Shown here: positions 39,259-48,862 of the stretch, piece by piece
How the letters are laid out: the number at the start of each line of letters is the position of its first letter
How positions within the stretch are numbered: the first letter of the stretch is position 1
Assembly: GCA_964530335.1 (NCBI GenBank)
Contig: CAZGYG010000003.1
Span: 23,792 to 87,791 of the forward strand
Direction of reading: 5' to 3'
DNA length: 64,000 nucleotides
From: an uncultured Rhodospirillaceae bacterium
GTDB lineage: Bacteria; Pseudomonadota; Alphaproteobacteria; SP197
Notes under the pieces: model-generated
The model's database searches: none
What the model was told of the DNA's origin: nothing
The model's input: the letters and a program-made list of their open reading frames with translations, nothing else
Translations under genes and position numbers: made by a program

Positions 39259-40214
39259 CCGGCGACCCGCTCGACCGGCTGGTCGCGCTGGTCGCGCCGG
39301 AATCCCGGGCGACCGTGCCGGCGGAGCTCGGCGTCGTCGTCGCGGCGCTGCGTGCCCGCTTCGGTCCGGCCGTGGCGGCGGTGCTTTATTACGGTTCGTG
39401 CCTGCGGCTGGGCACGCTCGATGGCGTGATCGACGTCTACGTGCTGATCGATGACGTCGCGCCCGCGCCCCTGCGGCGGCGGGCGATGGGCGGTGCGATC
39501 CTGGCCTTGGCGTGCCGGCTCCTGCCGCCCAACGTCTACCACCTGTCGGTCGATGGGCCGCGCACGCTTGCCGTCAAGGCGGCGGTGATGTCGCTCGCGG
39601 GCTTCGCGCGGGGCCTCGAGGTAACGGCTTTCGTGCCGGCGCTCTGGGCGCGCTTCGCCCAGCCGGCCGTGGCGGTCTACGCCCGCGACGAGGCGATCGC
39701 GGCATCGCTCGATCGTTTGCGCGCCCGGGCCGTCGCCACCGCGGCGTGGCACGGCGCCCATCTGGCGCCTGCCCGCGCGGAGCCCTTGGAGCCGTGGCGC
39801 CGCGTGTTCCGCGCGACCTACGGCTGCGAGTTGCGCGCCGAGGCTGTCGACCGGGCCGACGCGGTGGTCGAGGCGGCGGCCCTGCGCTACGCCGAGCTGA
39901 CGCGCCCCGCGCTCGCCGCCGCCGGGATCGCCTGGACCGAGGGGACGGGTGCGCTCGAACTCGCGGTAGGCGCCGGTGCGCGTCGCCGCGCGCGGCTGGC
40001 CTGGGCGCTGCGCCGCCCCGCCGGCAAGCTGCTGAGTCTGCTCAGGTTGGCCAAGGCCGCATTCACGTTCGAGGGTGGCGCCGACTACCTGGCGTGGAAG
40101 ATCGAGCGTCATGCCGGCGTGCGGCCCGCGCTCTCGCCCTGGCAGCGGCGTCACCCGCTGCTTGCGCTGCCTTTGCTGGCCTGGCGGCTTTGGCGCCAGG
40201 GCGTTGTGCGCTAG
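39255..40214 (+). CDS. Hypothetical protein, possibly nucleotidyltransferase-fold (YYGS...IDVYVLIDD)
   Basis: ATGA overlap with the kinase stop; 319 aa; no firm family; 3' end is convergent on spt. Confidence 0.4.
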   Translation: MTGDPLDRLVALVAPESRATVPAELGVVVAALRARFGPAVAAVLYYGSCLRLGTLDGVIDVYVLIDDVAPAPLRRRAMGGAILALACRLLPPNVYHLSVDGPRTLAVKAAVMSLAGFARGLEVTAFVPALWARFAQPAVAVYARDEAIAASLDRLRARAVATAAWHGAHLAPARAEPLEPWRRVFRATYGCELRAEAVDRADAVVEAAALRYAELTRPALAAAGIAWTEGTGALELAVGAGARRRARLAWALRRPAGKLLSLLRLAKAAFTFEGGADYLAWKIERHAGVRPALSPWQRRHPLLALPLLAWRLWRQGVVR

Positions 40215-41428
40215 CCCGCGGCGACGGCGAGGCTCGGCTTGAGCACGCCGAGCGCGACGCCGGTGTCGTTGAACACGTCGACCATGCGCGCGATCTGCTT
40301 GCGCGTGTGGGCGGCCGAGATGCTGCAGCGCAGCAGGGGATTGCCCCCCGGGGTCGCCGGCGGCAAGGCCAGGTTCACGTACACGCCGTTCTCGAGCAGC
40401 ATGTTCCAGAACCTGATGGCGATCTCGACGTCGGGCAGCTTGACCGCGACCACCGGGCTGACCTGCGGGCCGAGCTCGTAGCCGAGCCCGCCGAGCCCGT
40501 CGTACAGCGCGCGGGCGTTGCCGGCGAGCCGGGTGCGCAGTTCGGGCCGGCGTTCGACGATCTCGAGCGCCTTGAGCACCGAGGCCATGATGCTCGGCGG
40601 CAGCGAGGCCGTGAACATGTACGGCCGGCACGCGACGCGCAGCACGTCGAAGTCCTCGTGATCCGAAACGCAGAAGCCGCCCACCGCGCCCAGGCTCTTG
40701 CTGAACGTGCCGACGACGTAATCGACGTCCGCCTCGCAGCCCGCCTCCTCGGCCAGGCCGCGGCCCAGGCGCCCGAGCACGCCCATCGAATGGGCCTCGT
40801 CGACCATCAGGTAGGCGCCGTGGCGGCGCTTGATCGCGACGAACTCGGCCAGCGGCGCGCGGTCGCCGACCATGCTGTAGATGCCCTCGACGATGATCAG
40901 GCGCGCCTGGCCGTCCGCGGGAAGCCGGCTCAGGCGCCGGTCCAGGTCGACCGGGTCGTTGTGGCGGAACCGCGTCACCTTGGCCCCGCCCAGCCGGCAG
41001 CCGTCGTAGATGCTGGCGTGGCAATCGGCGTCGATGACTAGGTGGTCGTTCGGCCCGGCGAGCGTCGAGATCATGCCCAGGTTGGCCTGATAGCCGGTCG
41101 AGAACACCATGCAATGCCGCCGTCCGTAGTAGCGCGCGAGTTCCAGTTCGAGCTGGCAATGGGCGGTGTACGAGCCGTTGGCGATGCGCGAACCGGTGGT
41201 GCCGGTGCCTTCATGGCTGAGCGACGCGATGGCGGCCTCGATGCACTCCGGATCGAAGGTCAGGCCCAGGTAGTTGTTGGTGCCGACCAGCAGGGTACGC
41301 CGACCCTCGATGATCGCCTCGGTCGGCGAGATCACCTTGTCGATCGATACCTTGAACGGGTTGCGGCCACGCTCGGCGAGCGCCCGGTAGGTCGCCGCCA
41401 GTGGCGCGAACTTCGCGTACAGGTCCAT
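40211..41428 (-). CDS. spt: Serine palmitoyltransferase (alpha-oxoamine synthase family, PLP-dependent)
   Basis: GTFSKSLG PLP-lysine motif; 405 aa. The context (dedicated ACP, SDR, acyl-ACP synthetase) argues for Spt rather than BioF/Kbl. Confidence 0.75.
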   Translation of the reverse strand: MDLYAKFAPLAATYRALAERGRNPFKVSIDKVISPTEAIIEGRRTLLVGTNNYLGLTFDPECIEAAIASLSHEGTGTTGSRIANGSYTAHCQLELELARYYGRRHCMVFSTGYQANLGMISTLAGPNDHLVIDADCHASIYDGCRLGGAKVTRFRHNDPVDLDRRLSRLPADGQARLIIVEGIYSMVGDRAPLAEFVAIKRRHGAYLMVDEAHSMGVLGRLGRGLAEEAGCEADVDYVVGTFSKSLGAVGGFCVSDHEDFDVLRVACRPYMFTASLPPSIMASVLKALEIVERRPELRTRLAGNARALYDGLGGLGYELGPQVSPVVAVKLPDVEIAIRFWNMLLENGVYVNLALPPATPGGNPLLRCSISAAHTRKQIARMVDVFNDTGVALGVLKPSLAVAAG

Positions 41429-41431
41429 GGC

Positions 41432-41686
41432 TCAGGCGGCTCCCTTCTTGATCTTCGCGATGGCCAGCGCGAGGTCGCGCACGGTCTCGATCTCTGGCAA
41501 GTGGTTGAGCGAAATCGACACGTCGAACTGGTCCTCGAGCGTCATCAGCAGGTCCATTTCGGCCAGCGAATCCAGGTTGAGGTCGCGCTTCAGCAGCGTG
41601 CCCTCGTTGACCGCGAACCGACCCTTGGTCGCCGCGGCCAGGATGTCGCTGATCGTCCCGACGATCTCGCCGTAATTCTCGGTCAT
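41432..41686 (-). CDS. Acyl carrier protein (sphingolipid-pathway-dedicated type)
   Basis: 84 aa; LDSLAEMDLLM phosphopantetheine-attachment Ser motif; 3 nt upstream of spt. Confidence 0.8.
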   Translation of the reverse strand: MTENYGEIVGTISDILAAATKGRFAVNEGTLLKRDLNLDSLAEMDLLMTLEDQFDVSISLNHLPEIETVRDLALAIAKIKKGAA

Positions 41687-41964
41687 CGAGCCGCGAGAAT
41701 CCCTCGTCGCCAGGGCTATTGAAGCGTCCTGCAAACTGCACCCGCCCGTTACGAAATCACCATCGCAATCAAGCAGATGATCGGCCTTGCGACAAGCCGA
41801 CACGAAGGCGGCCGCAAGGCGGGCTCCGGCCGGCGCGAAGGCGGTGATTAGCCCGAAAAACGTCGAAATGTCAATACTTTGACGCCACCGGGCCGGGCCA
41901 GGTGCCGGATGAGCCACGATCAATTTGTGTTAACGCATGTTTCAGCCGGCCGGGCCGGGCCCCC

Positions 41965-42885
41965 TCAGGCGCCGATCCAGCCCCGTTCACGGTACCAGGC
42001 GACGGTCTCGGCGAGGCCTTGCTCGAGCCCGATGCTCGGCCGCCAGCCGTCGGGCCAGGGCGCCTGGCGCCGCCAGTCCGGGTGGACGAGCTCGCGTGCC
42101 TTGCCGGGGGAGAAGAACGCCGCCCGGCCGGAGGCCCGGGCGAGCGCCCCGGCCGCGTGACCGGCCACCAGGAACGCGGGCGCCGGCAGCGCCATGGTGC
42201 GCGCCGAACGCCCCAGGGCGGCGCCGGCCAGGGCCACGACCTCGGCCCAGAGGTAGCCGCCTTCGCGGCCGTCGTCGAGCTCGCGGACCCCGGTTTCGCG
42301 CGTGGCCAGCGCCGCCGCGATCGCGCGGGCGACGTCGGCGACGTGGACGAAGCTGACCCGGGCCTCGCGCCGCACCGGCACGATGCCGAGCCCGACGGCC
42401 CTGAACAGGACGAGCATGGCGGTGTCCCATGGGCCGTAGACGGCGGTCGGGCGCAGCACCAGCCAGTCGCCGCCCGCGGCCGCGACGGCCTGTTCGCCGG
42501 CCAACTTGCTCGCGGCGTAGTCGGAAAGCCCGGGCTCGCGCGCGGCGATCGAGGACACCAGCACGGCGCGGGGCACGTTCGCCGCGCGCGCCGCCACGGC
42601 CACGCCCCGCGCGCCCGCCTCGTTGGCGGCCCGGAAGCCCTGGCGGTCGCGGGCCCGCACCAGGCCGGCCAGGTGGACCACGGCGTCGGCACCCGCCACC
42701 AGATCGGCCAGCGCCGCGGCATCACCCAGATCGCCGGGCACCGCCTGATACCGCCGCCCGGCCCACAGCGGATGGGTTGGCGATCGTCGGGCGAGCAGGC
42801 GCACGGTCCACCCGGAGTCCATCAACAGGCGCGCGACGTGGCCGCCGATGAATCCGGTGCCCCCGGTCAGGGCCACCGTCGCCAT
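41965..42885 (-). CDS. NAD-dependent epimerase/dehydratase family SDR (ceramide-reductase CerR-like)
   Basis: MATVALTGGTGFIGGHV Rossmann motif; YxxxK (YAASK); 306 aa. Confidence 0.8.
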   Translation of the reverse strand: MATVALTGGTGFIGGHVARLLMDSGWTVRLLARRSPTHPLWAGRRYQAVPGDLGDAAALADLVAGADAVVHLAGLVRARDRQGFRAANEAGARGVAVAARAANVPRAVLVSSIAAREPGLSDYAASKLAGEQAVAAAGGDWLVLRPTAVYGPWDTAMLVLFRAVGLGIVPVRREARVSFVHVADVARAIAAALATRETGVRELDDGREGGYLWAEVVALAGAALGRSARTMALPAPAFLVAGHAAGALARASGRAAFFSPGKARELVHPDWRRQAPWPDGWRPSIGLEQGLAETVAWYRERGWIGA

Positions 42886-42886
42886 G

Positions 42887-44623
42887 TCAGGATGCGAGCG
42901 AGCTCGCGGGGTCGAAGTCGCCGGCCAGATACCGCGCCTTGGCCCTGCTGCGGCTGAGCTTGCCCGACGAGGTCTGGGGCAGGCTTTTCGGCGGCACCAG
43001 AACGACGGTGCAGTCGATGCCGACGATCTCGTTGACCGCGCCCGCCACGTCGCGCGCGAGCTCGGCGCGCAACTGCGGATCGGCGCCGCGGCACTGCACC
43101 AGCACGACGACGCGCTCGCCGTCCTCGCCCTCGACCGAGAAAGCGGCCGCGTCGCCGCTGCGCACGGCGGGCACGTGCTCCGCCGCCCATTCCAGGTCCT
43201 GCGGCCAAAGGTTGCGGCCGTTGACCAGGATCAGGTCCTTGACCCGCCCGGTGACCACGATCTGGCCGTCGAGCCAATAGCCGAGATCGCCGGTGTCGAG
43301 CCAGCCGTCCGGGCCGAGCACCCTTCGGGTGTCCTCCGGCGCGTTGAAGTAGCACGACATCACGCTGGCGCCCCGGGTGTAGATGCGGCCTACCCGGCGC
43401 TCGCCCTGCGCACGGCCGTCGTCGTCGCGGACCTCGATGGCGTGGCCGGGCATCGGCACGCCGCACAGCACGAACTCGCGCGCCCGGCCGGAGGCCGCAT
43501 CGGCGGTCGGGCGCGCCAGCGCCTCGTTCGCCATGGCGTCGAGGTCGACCCGGTCCGTGCGCATGCCTTGGCCGAGCGGGTTGAAGCTGACGGCGAGCCC
43601 GGTTTCGGCCATGCCGTAGCTCGGCACGAAGGCGCCGGGCTGGAAGCCGCGCGGGCCGAATGCCTCGATGAAGCGGCTGAGCACCCTGGGCCGGATCATG
43701 TCGCCGCCGATGCCGGCCCCGCGCCACGTACGCAGGTCGAGGCCCTCGGTCGAGGCGGTTTCGGCGCGCCGGGCGCACAGCTCGTAGCCGAAGGTCGGGC
43801 TGAACGACAACGTGCTGCCGTTGCGCGTCAGGAGCGACAGCCACAGCAGCGGGCGGCGCGCGAAGTCGCGGGTGGCGAGGTAATCGACCGACATCTGGCA
43901 GCCGACCGGCGTCAGCAGGAAGCCGACCAGCCCCATGTCGTGGTAGAGCGGCAGCCATGAGGTGCAGCGATCGCCCGGCACGATCACCAGCCCGTGGTCG
44001 GCGATCGCCCGGATGTTGTGCAGCACCGCGCGGTGGGTCATAGCGACCCCGAGCGGGAACCGGGTCGAGCCCGACGAGTATTGCAGGTAGCACAGCCCGT
44101 TGGGGTCGGGCGCCGGCAGATCCGCCTCGGCATCGGGCAGGGCATCGAGCGCCTTGGCATCGCCGACGAAGCTCATGGCCCGCCCGGCGCACGCCTCCTC
44201 CAGGTACGGCAGCAGCTCCGTCGGGGCGAACGCCGCGGCAGCGTCGCAGCCCGCGATCTGGCGCCGGACCTGGTCGATGTAGGCGTCGCGCCCGCCGAAC
44301 GACTGCGGCAGGGGCAGGGGCGTCGGCACCAGGCCCGCGTACTGGGCGCCGAAGAAGACGCGCATGAAATCGCCGTTCGAATCGGCCAGGATCGCGATCC
44401 GCGCGCCGGGCGGCACACCGGCGCGCACGAACCGGCGCGCGTTGGCAAGCGCCTGCTCGCGCAGTTCGCGGTACGCGAGCCGCTCGACCAGATCGCCGCG
44501 CGCCGAGTAGAAATTGAGCCCGGTCTCGCCCTGTGCGGCGTAATCGAGCGCCTCGGGAATCGTGGCGAACGCGCAGCGACGATAGGGCAGCCGCGGATTC
44601 GAAGTGGGCGTAGCTTCGGGCAT
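42887..44623 (-). CDS. Fatty acyl-AMP ligase / acyl-ACP synthetase (adenylate-forming enzyme)
   Basis: YSSGSTRFPLGV AMP-binding core; FAAL-type architecture. Start taken at the ATG of MPEATPTSNP... so that it does not overlap the divergent gene. Confidence 0.75.
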   Translation of the reverse strand: MPEATPTSNPRLPYRRCAFATIPEALDYAAQGETGLNFYSARGDLVERLAYRELREQALANARRFVRAGVPPGARIAILADSNGDFMRVFFGAQYAGLVPTPLPLPQSFGGRDAYIDQVRRQIAGCDAAAAFAPTELLPYLEEACAGRAMSFVGDAKALDALPDAEADLPAPDPNGLCYLQYSSGSTRFPLGVAMTHRAVLHNIRAIADHGLVIVPGDRCTSWLPLYHDMGLVGFLLTPVGCQMSVDYLATRDFARRPLLWLSLLTRNGSTLSFSPTFGYELCARRAETASTEGLDLRTWRGAGIGGDMIRPRVLSRFIEAFGPRGFQPGAFVPSYGMAETGLAVSFNPLGQGMRTDRVDLDAMANEALARPTADAASGRAREFVLCGVPMPGHAIEVRDDDGRAQGERRVGRIYTRGASVMSCYFNAPEDTRRVLGPDGWLDTGDLGYWLDGQIVVTGRVKDLILVNGRNLWPQDLEWAAEHVPAVRSGDAAAFSVEGEDGERVVVLVQCRGADPQLRAELARDVAGAVNEIVGIDCTVVLVPPKSLPQTSSGKLSRSRAKARYLAGDFDPASSLAS

Positions 44624-44655
44624 GGTCTCGCCGGCGGAACGCATCCGGCACCGGT

Positions 44656-45741
44656 ATGGAAGGACAAAGGCTGTCGGTAGCAAAAAACCCGCAGGGCGGC
44701 AAGGACGAGGGTGGCAGGGACAGCGCCCAATCGGAGGCGGACGTATGGGCGCTCGTCGGCGGCAAGCCGGGGGACGATGCCCAGGTGCTCGCGCTCGCGG
44801 CCGCGCTCGGCCGGGCGTTCGCGGTCAAGCGGCTGGGCTTTCGCGGTCTCTACCGGGTGCCGAATCTGCTGGCTTTCGCGCCCTTCGGCCTCGATCGCGC
44901 ACGCTCGGATGCGCTGGCGCCGCCGTGGCCCCGGCTGGTCATCGCCGTTGGCCGCCGCGCCGTGCCGGTCGCGCGCTGGATCCGCCGGCAGTCGGGCGGG
45001 CGCACGCGCCTGGTCCACCTGGGCCGGCCGCGCGCCCCCTACCGCTGGTTCGACCTGATCGTGACGACGCCGCAGTACGGCGTGCCCGCGCGCGCCAACG
45101 TGCTGACCATTCCCTTGCCGCTCGGCGCCGGCGCGAGCGGCAAACCGTCGTTCGACGACCTGCCCCGGCCGCGCATCGGCGTGCTGATCGGTGGCGCGAG
45201 CGGCGCCTGGCGGCTGGCCGAGCCCGCGCGCCTGGGCGAAGGGCTCGGCCGGCTCGCCCGTCGGCACTCGGGCTCGCTCCTGGTCACCACCAGCCGGCGT
45301 ACCGGCCATGAGGCCGAGGCGCTGATCGCCGCGCTCGACGCGCCGGCGCGCGTCCATCGCTTCGGCCAGGGCGCCAACCCCTACGGCGCGATCCTGGCGG
45401 CGGCGGACGCCTTCGTGGTCACCGCCGACAGCGCCTCGATGATGGCCGACGCCGCCGCGACCGGGCACGCGCTGCTGCTGGCGCCGGCGGCGTATCGCCC
45501 GACGCTCGGCCAGCGGCTTACGGCGGCGGCGGCAAGCGTGCCCGGGTATGATTGGGCCGTGGACCTCGGTCTGATCACGCGGCCGCGCGCGCTCGGCGCC
45601 ATCGCCGAAATCCTGGTGGCGGCCGGTCACGCCCGCTGGTTCAGCGCGTCCGACGACCTCGCCCCGCCGGCGGTGGCCTACGACGAACCGTCGGTCAAGG
45701 ACCGGGCGGTCGCCCGGGTCGAAGCCTTGCTGACGCCATGA
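44656..45741 (+). CDS. ELM1/DUF1022-family protein (predicted glycosyltransferase-like/nucleotide-sugar-binding)
   Basis: VWALVGGKPGDDAQVLALAAALG N-terminal motif typical of ELM1-family proteins; family assigned from memory. Confidence 0.55.
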   Translation: MEGQRLSVAKNPQGGKDEGGRDSAQSEADVWALVGGKPGDDAQVLALAAALGRAFAVKRLGFRGLYRVPNLLAFAPFGLDRARSDALAPPWPRLVIAVGRRAVPVARWIRRQSGGRTRLVHLGRPRAPYRWFDLIVTTPQYGVPARANVLTIPLPLGAGASGKPSFDDLPRPRIGVLIGGASGAWRLAEPARLGEGLGRLARRHSGSLLVTTSRRTGHEAEALIAALDAPARVHRFGQGANPYGAILAAADAFVVTADSASMMADAAATGHALLLAPAAYRPTLGQRLTAAAASVPGYDWAVDLGLITRPRALGAIAEILVAAGHARWFSASDDLAPPAVAYDEPSVKDRAVARVEALLTP

Positions 45742-46457
45742 CCTGGCAGGGCGAGAACGTCCTGGTCGTCGTGCCGGCGCGCGGCGGCAGCAAGGGGATT
45801 CCGGGCAAGAACCTGGCGAAGCTCGGCGGGCTCAGCCTGGTCGGGCACGCGGCGCGCTCAGCGCTCGCGCTCGCCTGGGCCGACCGCGTCGTGCTCAGCA
45901 CCGACGATCCGGCGATCGCCGCGGAAGGGCGGGCGCACGGGCTGGACGTGCCGTTCCCGCGCCCCGCCGAACTCGCCACCGACACGGCGGCGGCGATCGA
46001 CGTCTGGCGCCACGCCTGGCTCGCCGCCGAGGCGCACTACGCCATGGGCTTCGCTTACGCCGTCTACTTGCAGCCGACGACGCCGCTGCGCGGACCCGAC
46101 GAGGTGACGGCGACGCTCCGGGCCATGGTCGATGGCGGCCACAAGGCGGCGGCGACGGTCAGCCGCGTGCCCGGCCACTTCGCGCCGCACAAGGTCATGA
46201 CCATGGACAGGTCCGGACGGCTCGGCTTCTTCTTGCCCGAAGGGGCCACGATTGTCGCGCGCCAGCAGGCGCCGGCGACCTGGTACCGCAACGGGCTCGC
46301 GTACGCCGCCCGGCGCGCGACGATCGTGGATGAACGCACGATCGTCGAGAACGATTGCGTCGGCGTCGTCATCGAACGCGCGCTCGCCAACATCGACGAA
46401 CCGGCCGACCTGATCCTCGCCGAGGCGCTGTGGCGCGCCGGGCACGACCGCCGGTGA
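45738..46457 (+). CDS. CMP-sugar cytidylyltransferase (acylneuraminate/Kdo cytidylyltransferase family)
   Basis: VVPARGGSKGIPGKN signature; ATGA overlap with the upstream gene. Confidence 0.8.
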   Translation: MTWQGENVLVVVPARGGSKGIPGKNLAKLGGLSLVGHAARSALALAWADRVVLSTDDPAIAAEGRAHGLDVPFPRPAELATDTAAAIDVWRHAWLAAEAHYAMGFAYAVYLQPTTPLRGPDEVTATLRAMVDGGHKAAATVSRVPGHFAPHKVMTMDRSGRLGFFLPEGATIVARQQAPATWYRNGLAYAARRATIVDERTIVENDCVGVVIERALANIDEPADLILAEALWRAGHDRR

Positions 46458-46527
46458 CGGAGCTGTCGCGGCGCATGCGGGGTCGTGCGCGGCCTGCTAG
46501 AACGGGCACACCCCGTCCACGCCCGCG

Positions 46528-47472
46528 ATGACCATTCCCGCGATCCCGTCGTCCGACCTGGCAACCTTGGCGCTGTCGCCCGCCGAGGCGCTGGAGGCGA
46601 TTCGGCCGTTCGTCATTGAGCGTTACGTGCCCGGGGATGCGCGCTTCGCCGCCCGCCGCGCGCGGCTGCTGCGCAAGTGGCGGCTGAGGCTCGCCAAGCG
46701 TCGGTTGCTCGGCTGGCTGCCCAAGGGCAAGCGCACCCAGGGCTATGTCGAGCAGAGCTACAACCGGACCTTCGCCGCCCGGCCGTGGCCCGAAACCTTG
46801 CCCCCGGTCGCGCCGGAAACGAAGCCGACGGCGGCCGAGTTCCAGGGCGAAGGGCTGCTGGTCCGGCGCTACGGCGTCGGTCGCGTCCACCTGCTGCTGA
46901 TGGCGCGCCTAATCCGGGCGCTCGGCGCCCGCACGGTGCTCGAGGTCGGCGCGGGCACGGGCATCAATCTGTTCGTGCTGGCCGCCCTGGTGCCCGAGGC
47001 GTCGTTCACCGGCATCGAGCTGACCGAGACCGGCGTGGCCCAGGCCCGGACGGTGGTCAAGGCCGACCGTTTCCCCGAACGTCTCGCCCAATACTGCCCT
47101 GCGCCGGTCGCCGACGCCGAGGCGTATCGCCGCGTCGAAATGCGGCGCGGCAACGCGCTCGACCTGCCGTTCGACAAGGCGTCGTTCGACCTGGTGTTCA
47201 CCCGCCAGGCGCTCGAGCAGATGGAGGTGATCCGGGCCCCAGCGCTCAAGGAGATCGCGCGCGTCGCCGCTCGCCATACGCTGCTGGTCGAGCCGTTCGC
47301 CGACGCCAACCGCGACCCCTTGCGCCGCTGCTACGTCGCGGCCAAGGACTACTTCTCGCTTCCCGTCGACGGGCTCCCGGACTTCGGCATCGCGCCGATC
47401 CACCGCGATCGCGCGTTTCCGCAGAACGTCTGCCTGGGCATCGAGCTCGTCGTCGGGCGGACGGGGGTCTGA
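46528..47472 (+). CDS. Class I SAM-dependent methyltransferase
   Basis: VLEVGAGTGIN SAM-binding motif. Confidence 0.75.
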   Translation: MTIPAIPSSDLATLALSPAEALEAIRPFVIERYVPGDARFAARRARLLRKWRLRLAKRRLLGWLPKGKRTQGYVEQSYNRTFAARPWPETLPPVAPETKPTAAEFQGEGLLVRRYGVGRVHLLLMARLIRALGARTVLEVGAGTGINLFVLAALVPEASFTGIELTETGVAQARTVVKADRFPERLAQYCPAPVADAEAYRRVEMRRGNALDLPFDKASFDLVFTRQALEQMEVIRAPALKEIARVAARHTLLVEPFADANRDPLRRCYVAAKDYFSLPVDGLPDFGIAPIHRDRAFPQNVCLGIELVVGRTGV

Positions 47473-47485
47473 CGTCTCCCGCGCC

Positions 47486-48853
47486 ATGGCGCCGCCCCTG
47501 CTGATCCCGGCCGAGACCCAGAACCGCGAGTTCGACGCCAAGCTGCTGCTCGCTTGCGTCGCGGCCGAGCGCGGCTTCCCGGCGATCGTCGGCTCGCGCA
47601 TCCACATGCACCGGTCGATCCTGGCGCTGCCGCGCGGCATCTATCTGGCCAAGGATGTGCGCCGGCCGAGCCTGCGCATGTTCCGCATCCTGCGCCGCCT
47701 GGGCCACGCCATCGTGGCGTGCGACGAAGAGGGGCTGATCTTCATTTCGCCGGCCCTGTTCCACCGCCGCCGGGTCCACGCCGAGGCGCTCGGGGCGATC
47801 GAGCTCTATCTGGCGTGGGGCGCGATGGGCGCCGAGCTGGTGCGGACCGCTCCCGGTTACGCGGGCGTGCCGATTCTCGAGACCGGCAACCCGCGCACCG
47901 ATCTGTTGCGCCCGGAGCTGCGCGCCTTCTTCGCCGCCGAGGTCGCGGCGCTCGAGGCCCGCTACGGCGAGTTCATCCTGGTCGATTCGAACTTCGGGCG
48001 GATCAACCACTTCAATCCGGCCCTCAGCCTCACGCCGAGCGCGCCGGGCGCCCTGGCGCTGCGCAACCTCGAACCCGACGACCCGCCGATCGAGGCGTGG
48101 CGGTTCCGCGAGACGGTGATGACGGCCATGACGGCCATGATCCCGGTGCTCGCCCGCGCCTTCGCCGGGCTGCGCATCGTCGTGCGCCCCCACCCGTCGG
48201 AGAACCACGAGCGTTGGCGGCAGGCCGCCGCGGGCCTCGCCAACGTCGAGGTCATCCACGAGGGCACCGTCGCGCCGTGGCTGATGGCGGCGTCGTGCGC
48301 GGTCCACAACGGCTGCACCACCGCGATCGAAGGCCGGCTGGTCGGAACGCCGGTGGTCGCCTACCGGCCCGTCACCTCGCCCGATTACGAGGTCGAGCTG
48401 CCGAACCAGGTCGGCGCCACCGCGGTCGATCCGGACGGCTTGGTCGCGACGGTCCGCGCGCTCATCGGCGGCGGGCGTCCGCTGCCCTTGAAGGCGGCCG
48501 AGCGCGCGACGCTGACCCCTTACATCGCCGCGCTCGACGGGCCATTGGCCGCCGAGCGCATGGTCGACGCCCTGGTTGAGTTCGCGCGCCGCCGGCCGTT
48601 GCCGCCGCCGCCGCTCGGCGACCTGCTCGTCGGCGGCCTCGACGCGACCGTGCGCGCGCTCGGCAAGCGGTTGAACGCGCGGCTGCCCGGCCACAAGGAC
48701 AGCGCCGCGTTCACCCGCCAGCGCTTTCCCGGCGTCGACCTGGCCGGCGTGGCGGCGCGCATCACGAGCTTCCGCGCCCTGCTCGGCCGCTTCGAGGGGA
48801 TCGCCGCCACGGAGATCACGACCAACGTGTTCCGCCTCGAGCGGCGCGCTTGA
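47486..48853 (+). CDS. Surface-carbohydrate/capsule biosynthesis protein (TIGR04396-like, glycosyltransferase-related)
   Basis: 455 aa; co-located with the CMP-sugar synthetase; weak family recognition only. Confidence 0.45.
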   Translation: MAPPLLIPAETQNREFDAKLLLACVAAERGFPAIVGSRIHMHRSILALPRGIYLAKDVRRPSLRMFRILRRLGHAIVACDEEGLIFISPALFHRRRVHAEALGAIELYLAWGAMGAELVRTAPGYAGVPILETGNPRTDLLRPELRAFFAAEVAALEARYGEFILVDSNFGRINHFNPALSLTPSAPGALALRNLEPDDPPIEAWRFRETVMTAMTAMIPVLARAFAGLRIVVRPHPSENHERWRQAAAGLANVEVIHEGTVAPWLMAASCAVHNGCTTAIEGRLVGTPVVAYRPVTSPDYEVELPNQVGATAVDPDGLVATVRALIGGGRPLPLKAAERATLTPYIAALDGPLAAERMVDALVEFARRRPLPPPPLGDLLVGGLDATVRALGKRLNARLPGHKDSAAFTRQRFPGVDLAGVAARITSFRALLGRFEGIAATEITTNVFRLERRA

Positions 48854-48862
48854 GACCTGGGT

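Noticed and set aside
41687-41964. 278-bp non-coding, AT-richer spacer between the ACP gene and the CerR-like gene considered as a small RNA or mobile remnant
   Set aside because: No repeats, no ORF with a ribosome-binding site and no terminator structure were found. It is most simply the promoter/5'-UTR region for acp-spt.
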